A stretch of 64,000 nt of DNA. Origin: Tubulanus polymorphus. Taxonomy: Eukaryota > Animalia > Nemertea. The number at the start of each line of letters is the position of its first letter. The stretch's first letter is position 1. Positions 12,865 through 22,236 of this stretch are shown here, piece after piece. The notes beneath the pieces were generated by a model. The model made no database searches, was not told the origin of the DNA, and was given only the letters and a program-made list of their open reading frames with translations. Both the position numbers and the translations under genes were made by a program. The stretch lies in NCBI RefSeq assembly GCF_964204645.1, contig NC_134029.1, positions 16,300,950 through 16,364,949 of the forward strand. Direction: 5' to 3'.

Positions 12865-12888
12865 ATGCGTAATTTTTTCATTAAATAA

Positions 12889-13311
12889 ATGGCTTATGCA
12901 GTTATAACTATTATAGGATCGGCAATTGTTAACGCTTTAGCATTTACTGGTGGTAGTTATTTATTCAAGCATATTGATGAAAATGGTTCATTATCAGAAC
13001 AAAAAAGACATAACTTAGCATTAGAGGAATACAATAAAGCAGAGGAAGAATATAGAGAAAAGAAACAAAACTATGTGGATTATATTAACAAAGAATTATA
13101 TGATCAGAATATTTCACATAGAGATTTTCAATCAGTTGATGATGCCATGAGTTTATATAACGCAGTAACCAATAAAGAAAAATTATATCTACATAAACCT
13201 ACAATATCAGATTATTATACCCCAAGTAATGAACAACAAATATATGAAATAATATGGATTTTAGGCGGAACTGTTATTGTTATATTTGTTGCTTATAAGT
13301 TTACTAATTAG
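12889..13311 (+). CDS. Polinton membrane protein (N- and C-terminal hydrophobic segments, central coiled coil)
   Basis: TAAATG start; IIGSAIVNALAFTGGSYLF..EQKRHNLALE..C-terminal IIWILGGTVIVIFVAY. Confidence 0.75.
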   Translation: MAYAVITIIGSAIVNALAFTGGSYLFKHIDENGSLSEQKRHNLALEEYNKAEEEYREKKQNYVDYINKELYDQNISHRDFQSVDDAMSLYNAVTNKEKLYLHKPTISDYYTPSNEQQIYEIIWILGGTVIVIFVAYKFTN

Positions 13312-13332
13312 TAATTTTTTTTTGCTAAATAA

Positions 13333-13758
13333 ATGGATGATAATATTGATATTATTCCTCATGATATAAATAAAACTAAATTAAAAATATATTTAGAAAA
13401 ACAAATATTAGAATTTGAAAGTGACTTAAAGATAAAAAAGAAAAAATATTTAAAAAGTAAAATTATATATTATCTTATTATTAGTGGTTCGGTTACAATT
13501 AGTTCTGTAATAACATTTCTAGCAATATTCAGTCCATTAACACCTTTAGCTATATCAATTGGTGTATTAGGATTAAGTTCAAGTGTTTTAACTGGTATAA
13601 GTTCAAAATTAAATATAAAAAGTAATAAAGAAAAAATTAAAACTAATATAAAAGAAATTAATAAATTAAAGAACACACTAGATTATATAATAAGTTTAAA
13701 TGGCCATATAACAGTTGAAGAACAAGATAAAATATTAAAAGAATTAATAAATTATTAA
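13333..13758 (+). CDS. Polinton protein with two central transmembrane segments
   Basis: TAAATG start; YYLIISGSVTISSVITFLAIF and LAISIGVLGLSSSVL flanked by Lys-rich coils. Confidence 0.7.
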   Translation: MDDNIDIIPHDINKTKLKIYLEKQILEFESDLKIKKKKYLKSKIIYYLIISGSVTISSVITFLAIFSPLTPLAISIGVLGLSSSVLTGISSKLNIKSNKEKIKTNIKEINKLKNTLDYIISLNGHITVEEQDKILKELINY

Positions 13759-13916
13759 TTTTTAGTTTTCCAAAAGCTTTCCAATATAATAAATCAATTA
13801 AATATAATATTCCAGCAATAGATTTTAATAAAGATATTTCATATAGAAATGAAGTTTTAAATTCATTAATTGATTTATATATTTATGTTACTGAAAGTAA
13901 TAATTTTCATGTAAAG

Positions 13917-15077
13917 ATGGAAAATATATTTCATGTGTATACACTTAATTTCAAAAATTTAGATGAGGCAAAACAATGGTTATTAAAATCTAATATGAAG
14001 TATTGGCAGAACCAATTAAATTTTGCTGTTTATTGTGCAACAACAGGATGTGGAATTAGTTGGAATGATCATTTAAACAAACCAAATTTACCATTGATGT
14101 TATCACTTTTTAGATTTCATACTTATTTTCAAATAAAATTAATATTAGATGAATTAGAATGTCCTTTACCAGGTTCAAAATATTTTAAAGAATTGAATAA
14201 TAATATTAATTTTTCTAAGTTTTATAAAATATGTAATGAATTTAATTTTAATTCAAATAAAGATTTTAGAGCAAAAATTGGAACAATGGGTGGATTAGGA
14301 ATATTATATACTAAAGAATTTGGAAAAATAATAACAAATTCAGATATAAGAACACTAAATTGGAATGAATTACCAACATATTATGATAATATACAACCCC
14401 AAAACAATAATGGTTGGGTTAATTTTATTTTAGAGAATAGTGAAGGTTTTACTAAAGCTGGAATACAAAGAATAAATCAATCGATTAGAACTTATTTGAT
14501 ATGTATTTTAGGTGCGCAAGTTGAAACAAGATCCCCAATAATTGGAAATGATAACACTTCATTCGATGCGCAGAAACAATTTAAAGTATTATTTGAAGAT
14601 TCAATTCATAATGATAAAAATAGATCGATTCCAGAAAACATTGTAAGATATCAAAATTATTTAGATAAATCACATATTAGATTAAATTATTGTATAGGCC
14701 CTAATTTGTTAATTATTTCTAATGATTTAATATTAAAAATGGGTAGTATAATTGGTTATAATAATTTAATTAAAACTGCAACAATAGATAATTCATTTGG
14801 ATTAATTGATATAAATAAAAAGATTATCACTGCTCCAAAATTAATGGAAGGTGAAAAAAATAAAAAACACATTCAATCAACAGAAACTAAAACTAATAAT
14901 ATTAAATTAAATAATGATTCTAAACCGGATTACAATACATCAGAAAATATTAGAACTGATTAAATTCAACATGAAATAATTAAACTAAATGATGATAATA
15001 AATCCCATGAAAATACTAAATTAGCTTTAACTTGTATAGGAATTGTAATCGGAGGAATATTATATTTTAAATTTTAA
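13917..15077 (+). pseudogene. Conserved Polinton hypothetical protein (WQNQLNFAVYCATTGCG type) with C-terminal TM anchor
   Basis: 348-aa ORF with an in-frame stop at 14961. The frame continues to HENTKLALTCIGIVIGGILYFKF* at 15077 and is open upstream to about 13794. Confidence 0.7.
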
Positions 15078-15093
15078 TTTTTTTATTATATAA

Positions 15094-16417
15094 ATGGATG
15101 TAGAAGGTGGAGAAGATATTGGAATGGATCCTTTTGATGAACCTGGTATAAGTGATGAACAACCACCTGATTTTGATGAAACAAGCTTTAATGATGGTAA
15201 TGAGCCAGGATATAATAATAATTTAAATATGCCTGATTATATCAAAAATGCAGAATCACAATTAAATCCTGAAAATTTAAACCCAGATTTAGTAAAACAA
15301 GATTTAGATAATTTAAACAAAATACCCAAATTAGAACGTATAATTGAAAATTCTAAACTTAACATAAATGATGAAGACGTTGGTCTTTTAGCATATCAAT
15401 TAAAATTTTTAGATAATGGTAAATGTTATTATCGTTTGAAAGGTGATTATTATATTGATATCACTTTTAAAAATAATAAAAAAATATTAGCGGAATCAAC
15501 TTTGAAAAGTTTAAAACCAGATAAAATTAAAATAATAAGTAATAGTAATGAAATAACTGATGTTACACAAAAAGAAATAGATGATAATATAGACGTATTT
15601 AAACAAAGAATTAATGAATTATTTGAAATAATCAAAAAGAAATCAGAAACAGAAACAACTTCTGAACAGAATATAACTTCCAAAAATAGTAAAATTAAAT
15701 CAAATAAAGTTCCAATTGAAAAACTTTTACCGAATGGATCAAAAAATTATGTATTTGGAAAAAGCATTAACTAATGCAAATAAAGAAATAGAACAACTAA
15801 AGTCTGATTTAGATCATCAAGTAATTGATGAAATAGAATATAGGCAAAAAGAATTACGTTTAGAAAAAGAAATTGATAATTCAAAAGATAATTTAGAAGT
15901 ACAAAAAGAAGAAATTAAATTATTATTAAAATCATATGATTATAATATTAATAGATTAAAAGTTATTTTTAAAGATTTGTTGATTAAACCAAATTCTGAA
16001 ATATCATTAAAAGATAGAATAAAGTTATTTTTTAAATTAGAAGGAATAACAATTCTTTGAATTCTAACAGCTGTAACTATGTTATTTACAACAATTGGTT
16101 TAGCAATATCAAATTCTTTGAAATCTACTCCTACTCCCAATAAACCGGATAAACCCCCGAATGATAATAATTCTATACAAGATAAAGTTAAGGATGGTTC
16201 AAAAAAATTAGCAAAATATTTATGGGAACTATCTAAAAAATCTGCTGCAGCTTTACCAGGACTTATTGCATCAATTGTTGGTTTTATATTGAAATCTGCA
16301 GGAAACATTATTAACTTTGCTGCTGAACATATTATTTTATTTTTAATTACAGTTGTAAGTGCTATTATTTTTGGGTTAGTGAATATGATAACAAAAAGAT
16401 ATCAAGAAAAAAAATAA
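15094..16417 (+). pseudogene. Polinton coiled-coil protein with C-terminal hydrophobic helices
   Basis: ORFs 15094-15774, 15716-16060 and 16079-16417 joined by one frameshift and one in-frame TGA. Ends ALPGLIASIVGFILKSAG..FAAEHIILFLITVV. Confidence 0.7.
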
Positions 16418-16451
16418 TAAAAAATAAATAATTAATTTTTTTGCTAAATAA

Positions 16452-17655
16452 ATGAGTGGGAGTTATATAAGTCCTTCTAAGATTTCTAGAATATCTAATG
16501 CTATTAAAGCAGAAAGATCACATCATATAATTACTCATAACCCTTCAAATATTAATCCCGATGAAACTTTATATGTTAGAATTCCTAGATTAACACAAAA
16601 TACTTTTTATGTTCCAAATAGTATTTATTTATCAGCTGATATAAAAGTAACTGGCCATGATAACAATTATGTTGTTGATAATGTTGGGAGATATTTGATT
16701 AAAAAATTAACTATAAAGATTGGTCCAGAAACAGTTTTCTCATTAGATGATTATAATTTATTTATGCATTATAAAGATTTATGGTTAACTAAAGAAAATA
16801 GAAATAATATGATATTTCAAGGAATCCAATCAGAAAACCATAATAAATTAAGATCAGGAGCTAATGACGCAATAGTAACTCGTGCCACAGATAATTTGAT
16901 TAAAAAGATTTATGGCAGCAAATATAAAATTCCATTAGACTTTGAATTGATAAATAATAATGCACCTTTATATAAATACGCAATTCAAGAAGATATTATA
17001 TTTGAGATAACATTTGCTCCTGTAAATGAAATTGTATTATCTAGCGTTGTTAAAGATATGGGTTATAAATTACCGAATATATGTTTAGAATATAACACAA
17101 TAACTAATGAAAATATTGCTAGCACAATTCAAACTCAATACAATCAAGGATTTTCATTATTATATGATTATATTGATAAATTTAAAACTGTAACTATTAA
17201 TGCAAATGATGAAATAATTAATATTTTTTACCATTGCAACATATACTAATGGCGCAATAAAGGTTGATAATTATTATAATCCTGAAATAACAAAAGTAGA
17301 AATAACTATTGAAGGAATAGCAAATAAAATATTTTGTCAAGGAATGAGAATGATAGATCAATGGCCAGAAATTAGAAAACATTTTATGAATGAAAAAGTA
17401 AAATCATCTGAAAATTGTAATATTAATCAAATTGATTATTATACCGGTAATAAATATGCATTATGGTTAGATTTTAGAACAACAGAGGATAATTCATTAC
17501 ATGGTTCTGGGAAAAAACTACAGAACACTAAAGATGGAATACAATTATTCATGAAAAAGAAAAAAGGAAGCTTAAATTTTAAAATGCACATTTATATTAT
17601 ATCTGACGCGCAATTGAATATTGTAAATTCACAATTAGATAGTATTCAATATTAG
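16452..17655 (+). pseudogene. Major capsid protein (double jelly-roll), frameshifted
   Basis: ITHNPSNINPDETLYVRIPRL, VVDNVGR, IPLDF, FEITFA, NICLEY, YYNPEITKVEITIEG, KYALWLDFRT, LHGSG, ISDAQLNI. Reading frame breaks near 17230. Confidence 0.8.
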
Positions 17656-17685
17656 AAATATAAAGTTAAAATTAAGGATATATAA

Positions 17686-18813
17686 ATGGGTGGTAAAAAA
17701 ACTCCTAATACTAAAGAACAATATTTAAGAAATTTATATTACAACCCTGAGAGTTCGGTTGCTTATTCTTCTACCAAAAATATATGGAGTAAAGTAAAAC
17801 AAGATAAATTAGATAAGATAATCCCACACAATTTAGTTAAATATAAAGATATAAATGAATTTATCTTAGAACAACCAACATACACAACACATAAAAAAAT
17901 TGTTAGAAAATATAAAACTCGTAAAACTATGGTAAGTTATGTAGATCAACAGTGGCAAGGAGATTTAATTGATATGAAAAATGTTAAGAAAGATAATGAT
18001 GATTATTGGTGGTTATTGAATATAATTGATATTTTTAGTCGTTATGTATGGAGTTTCCCACTTTATAGAAAAGATGCTGTACAAACATCAAATGTTTTAA
18101 GAAAATTTCTTTCGGATGATAAACTTAAACCAGAAAAAATACAATTTGATGATGGAAAAGAATTTGATAATTCACTTGTCCATGAACTCTTAGATAATCA
18201 TAATATTAAATATTTTTCAACAAAATCGGATAAAAAAGTAGCAGTTGTTGAACGATTTAATAGAACATTAAGAACAAGAATGTGGAAATATTTTACAGCA
18301 AATAGCACTTATAAATGGATTGATGTTTTACCAAAATTGATAGAAGGATATAATAATTCTTATCATTCTTCTATCGGAATGAAACCTATTGATGCTAGAA
18401 AACCTGAAAATGCTGAAATTGTTTGGAATAATTTATATGGAGCATTTCTTGTAGATGATTTTGGTGAACCTGAATTTAAAGTTGGTCAAAATGTTAGAAT
18501 TTCTAAGTATAAAAAGATATTTGACAAAGGATACGATCGGAATTTTACTAGGGAAATATATAAAATAAAAAAGGTAATAACAACAAAACCATATGTCTAT
18601 AAATTAGAAGATTTAGATGGTGAAGAAGTTGATGGCTACTTTTACGAAGAAGAATTAAGTTTAACTACTGAAAATCTAGAACAAGAATATAAAATGGAAA
18701 AAGTATTAAAAACAAAAACTATTAAAAGAAAAAAATATTCTTTAGTAAAATGGGTTGGATGGCCAGATAAATTCAATGAATGGATATTATCAAGTAAAAT
18801 TAAAAATATATAA
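17686..18813 (+). CDS. int: Retroviral-like (rve) integrase with C-terminal chromodomain
   Basis: DDE triad WQGDLIDM / QFDDGKEF / VVERFNRT; YNNSYHSSIGMKP; FKVGQNVRIS; chromo-like LVKWVGWPDKFNEWI. ORF intact. Fits the 6-bp TSD. Confidence 0.95.
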   Translation: MGGKKTPNTKEQYLRNLYYNPESSVAYSSTKNIWSKVKQDKLDKIIPHNLVKYKDINEFILEQPTYTTHKKIVRKYKTRKTMVSYVDQQWQGDLIDMKNVKKDNDDYWWLLNIIDIFSRYVWSFPLYRKDAVQTSNVLRKFLSDDKLKPEKIQFDDGKEFDNSLVHELLDNHNIKYFSTKSDKKVAVVERFNRTLRTRMWKYFTANSTYKWIDVLPKLIEGYNNSYHSSIGMKPIDARKPENAEIVWNNLYGAFLVDDFGEPEFKVGQNVRISKYKKIFDKGYDRNFTREIYKIKKVITTKPYVYKLEDLDGEEVDGYFYEEELSLTTENLEQEYKMEKVLKTKTIKRKKYSLVKWVGWPDKFNEWILSSKIKNI

Positions 18814-19422
18814 ATGAATAAAGAATTATTTATATTTGAGCCTCATAATATGTTAATTTCTGGCGTAACAAATTGTGGAAAAACTTATTTTATATTAAAT
18901 TTATTAGAAACTGTTTATGAAAACTATTTTGATAATATAGTATTATTTTGCCCAACATATGAATTTAATCAAACTTATGATAGAAATATTACTAGAAATA
19001 ATAAATTTATTATATTAGATCCTAAAACAGTAAAAGAAAATTTAGATAATTGTATAAAAATAGCAATTGATATTTATAAAGGATCAAATACATTATTCAT
19101 TATAGATGATTGTGCTAATCTACATGATTCAAAAGTTAGAGAAAGTGAGTTATGTTATTTAGCTTTTTCTGGCAGACATTTTGGGATAACAACTTGGGTT
19201 TAAAATCAAAAATATAATTCAATTGTTAAAGATTTTAGGGAGAATATAAGATTTCTAGTTTTATTCTACAATAAAGATAGAAAATCGATGAAAAATGCAC
19301 TTGAAGAAAATGATATTATTCCACATGATTTACATAATGAATATATGGATAAGTTGAAAAATATTAAAAGATCAAAATTACTATTTAGATTACAACACCC
19401 ATTTAAATATGAATTTATTTAA
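18814..19422 (+). pseudogene. A32/FtsK-like DNA packaging ATPase, premature stop at 19201
   Basis: Walker A GVTNCGKT, Walker B FIIDD, SGRHFGI. TAA replaces the TTA seen in the homolog at about 63316. Frame continues to 19422. Confidence 0.92.
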
Positions 19423-19425
19423 ATT

Positions 19426-19696
19426 CAACTGGCTTGTTAATCTAGTTGAATTCTAGTTACATTCTAGTTGAATTCTAGTTATAAGTAGTTGAAACAAAAA
19501 TCAACTAGATTTAACAATATTTTAACTAGCTTGTTAATCTAGTTTAATTCTAGTTACATTCTAGTTGAATTCTAGTTATTGGTAGTTGGAACAAAAATCA
19601 ACTAGATTTAACAAGAAATAAACAAAAACAACAATATTTCAACTAGCTTGTTAATCTAGTTGAATTCTAGTTACATTCTAGTTGAATTCTAGTTGC
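19426..19696. repeat. ~97-bp tandem units rich in CTAGTT/AACTAG with internal inverted repeats
   Basis: TTGTTAATCTAGTT(G/T)AATTCTAGTTACATTCTAGTTGAATTCTAGTT occurs three times. The first two units close with TCAACTAGATTTAACAA, the reverse complement of the unit start. Confidence 0.9.
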
Positions 19697-19726
19697 AACA
19701 ACACAATTAATTTTTTTGTTATATAA

Positions 19727-20332
19727 ATGGGAGGTGAAAAGAAAATAAAATCTAAAAATGGTGATGTTCCAATTGAAAAAACTTTATATGATTTAGGAAT
19801 AACAGAAAACAAATTAATTCCAGATGATGGTGCTTTAAATAATGTTACAACAAATAATAATTATGAATATTATCTTTATTGTAAACATCAATTAGAAATA
19901 TTAATAGCATCTGGAAAATGTAAAAATTTTGTCGGTAAAAATTTAACTTATAATGAACTAGATACAATGAAATCAGATGAAATTATTAGATTATTTAAGA
20001 TTTATGAAGCCGCGAGAACAGCTAGAATTAATAACGCGATATCAGAAAATGTAGTAAAAGGTTATAGTAAATTATGTATTTATATACTACCAATTGAAGA
20101 TGAAAATAGATTATATGCTGATTTAAAAAATGACTATTTAGTTATGACTGAATTAAATAAATGGATTGGATATTTATCATTTCAATTAGGTGGATTTATG
20201 ACATTATTATCAACTGGAGTTATAATATTTTCAAATATTGAAAGTAAAAATATTTCTATAATAAATGAACAAGGTGGAAGAAGTGAAGGAATTAACTGTG
20301 AAGAAAAAACCGAGATCACAGAAACAAATTGA
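19727..20332 (+). CDS. Polinton hypothetical protein (201 aa), homolog of 61856-62458
   Basis: TATAAATG start. Shares YEYYLYCKH and LYxDLKNDYLVMTEL with the second element. Confidence 0.8.
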   Translation: MGGEKKIKSKNGDVPIEKTLYDLGITENKLIPDDGALNNVTTNNNYEYYLYCKHQLEILIASGKCKNFVGKNLTYNELDTMKSDEIIRLFKIYEAARTARINNAISENVVKGYSKLCIYILPIEDENRLYADLKNDYLVMTELNKWIGYLSFQLGGFMTLLSTGVIIFSNIESKNISIINEQGGRSEGINCEEKTEITETN

Positions 20333-20633
20333 ATGGTCTCGACAATTAGGAATTAAATCACAAGAATATAAAAAAGCTGTAAAAGAAAAAATAAGTAATT
20401 AAAATGTTAGTAAAAATAGTGAAAATATTGTTATTTCTACTCCTTCTGATAATAGAATATTTGATAAATGTCTATATTTTACATTTGGATTTGTAATTGT
20501 ATTCATTTTGATTGGGTGTAATTGGTATAAGAAATCAAATAAAATTCATGATATTAATAATTCTGAAACAACTGCTATCAAAAATGAAAATACTTCTGAA
20601 ATTCCAAAATTGATAATAAAAAAAATTGATTAA
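20265..20633 (+). pseudogene. Small single-TM protein, homolog of 62451-62810, internal stop
   Basis: TAAATG at 20265; RSQKQIEWSRQLG vs RSDKQIKWARELG; TAA at 20400; TM YFTFGFVIVFILIG. Confidence 0.7.
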
Positions 20634-20814
20634 TATTTTAGAAAAAAAGCAAAAAAAAATAATTTTTTTTTAATTAATTGAATATCTCACTACTTTTGTC
20701 TATCACTGTGTGGGTGCTGTTTATGGCACCATCTATGCTGAGCAATTAAATTGTCCAGATAAGTCATTTCGGATTCTAGATATTCATTATTTTTATTAAT
20801 TTATTTTTTTAAAT

Positions 20815-21141
20815 TTAATCAACAATTTCTAAATCATGATGACCGTCTTCATTTTTCCCATGATAGATTATTTTAAATCCTTCTAAATCTTTTAATTCCT
20901 CTGTACTCAATGAAACCCATTTATCAGGTAAAAATACTTTAAATTCTCGCGATGTACTAACATTGCAGTAGCTTAAATTAGCTGATACTTTCTCTCCATA
21001 TTTAGTTTTTATCTTTTCTAATTTCAATATTTTATGTTCAATTTCTTTTGTAACATCAATCAACTTTTTTATTTCAAATTGTTTTTTTGATGGTTTTATT
21101 CTGTTATTTATTGTTGCTAAGAATGCTTTTCTATCTCCCAT
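20815..21141 (-). CDS. Small putative OB-fold/SSB-like Polinton protein
   Basis: KLEKIKTKYGEKV..KVFLPDKW motif, TAAATG start, preceded by a copy of the inner TIR. The fold assignment is inference. Confidence 0.6.
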   Translation of the reverse strand: MGDRKAFLATINNRIKPSKKQFEIKKLIDVTKEIEHKILKLEKIKTKYGEKVSANLSYCNVSTSREFKVFLPDKWVSLSTEELKDLEGFKIIYHGKNEDGHHDLEIVD

Positions 21142-21276
21142 TTATTAGGAAAAGAAATTACTTGTGGTGATGAGTGGGGATTACTTCCCCTTGTATATAA
21201 CAAGTACGCTATTAACCGTTCTCACCCAAGCCTCACAGCATCTATTAGGAGCAGTAATTATAACTGTCCAGATAAG

Positions 21277-21492
21277 TCATTTCGGTTCCTTGATATCAAA
21301 TTCCTCAACGTTTTGTTCATTATTTGGATCATTGTTCCATTGATCAATAAATTTCTTTGCCTTTGTTAACTGTTCTAAATATAACTGTAAATCTAGTTTA
21401 TTAGATTTGATTTGATTTTCTTTCTTTTCTAAAGGCCTTAAACTTTTCCAACCCCAAATAAGTTTTTTATTGTATTCATCATTCCTTTCCAT
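21277..21492 (-). pseudogene. Internally deleted HNH endonuclease remnant
   Basis: MERN fused to DEYNKKLIWGWKSLRPLEKKENQIKSNKLDLQLYL, which matches the C-terminus of the HNH genes at 59207-59488 and 60844-61630. Lacks the IDH motif. Confidence 0.75.
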
Positions 21493-21497
21493 TTATA

Positions 21498-21577
21498 AGG
21501 AAAAAAAATTACTTGTGGTGATGAGTGGTGTCTCGTCCTCTCGTCCTCTGGTATGAAAGCCTACTTTTCCAATTACT
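21498..21577 (-). repeat. Right terminal inverted repeat of Polinton 1
   Basis: Reverse complement of 1703-1782, followed directly by the TSD GATGTT. Confidence 0.97.
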
Positions 21578-21642
21578 GATGTTTGCCTGTGAACGGACTC
21601 AGGAGTTGCATATGAGCTATCCACGTTCCCGTCTCGACCCGT

Positions 21643-21675
21643 TACTGTCTCGACCCGTTACGGGTCGAGACAGTA
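21643..21675. other. Perfect 16-bp hairpin sharing the GTCTCGACCC core of the 59-bp satellite
   Basis: TACTGTCTCGACCCGT-T-ACGGGTCGAGACAGTA. Confidence 0.9.
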
Positions 21676-22236
21676 GTACAATAGCGCCACCACAATCGAT
21701 GATTTGAACTAAAACACTACGGCGCGTATCGGATTCGTTTTTCGCATGTGATATGGACGGTTGAAGAACGACCAGTGAAACCTACCAACAATTTTAAAAA
21801 GTCAATTAGATTTTTTAAAACTTTTCATTGAAAAGATCGAATGAAGAAAACGCCTCCAATGTCAACAGAAGTAAAAATTCAAGATGCGAAGTGAGCAATT
21901 TTCCGTCTAGATTTCCTCCCAGAATATTACTGAAGTGGGTTTAAACTGTTTTCAAATGTAATGTTGAATAAATCATACAAGTTTAATTATTTTGGTTTCA
22001 ACTTTCAAATGATATCAACTTTCGGCTTCAAATCTCTCAAAACTCAGTTCTAAAAATGACCCCTCTCGGCCGGGGGCATTTTGTTTAGGGTACACTTTAT
22101 TTTGCTATTAATCAGTTCGAATTCATCAAATTTATGAAGAAAATTAATGTATGAATTTTGCAAAAAAAATAAAGATGATTGTTAAATTTATGACGCGTTG
22201 TCTCTCTCTACCAGATCCCGTCGGTCTTTCTCCGAT

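Larger units (their letters stand above)
1703..21577. mobile_element. Polinton/Maverick (adintovirus-like) endogenous viral element, full length, decayed
   Basis: 80-bp TIRs starting AGTAATTGG (1703-1782 / 21498-21577). 6-bp TSD GATGTT at 1697-1702 and 21578-21583. Encodes pPolB, penton-like and major capsid proteins, rve integrase and packaging ATPase. Very AT-rich and gene-dense. Confidence 0.97.

Noticed and set aside
2946-19203. Programmed readthrough or alternative genetic code explaining the Polinton stops
   Set aside because: The stops are mixed TAA and TGA replacing different residues, they co-occur with frameshifts and deletions, and element 2 has the sense codon at the ATPase site. 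Simple decay fits; some homopolymer frameshifts could be sequencing error.
21511-21565. Hammerhead ribozyme in the TIR (TGATGAG...GAAA)
   Set aside because: The core is GTGATGA rather than CTGATGA, and I could not form the required stems.
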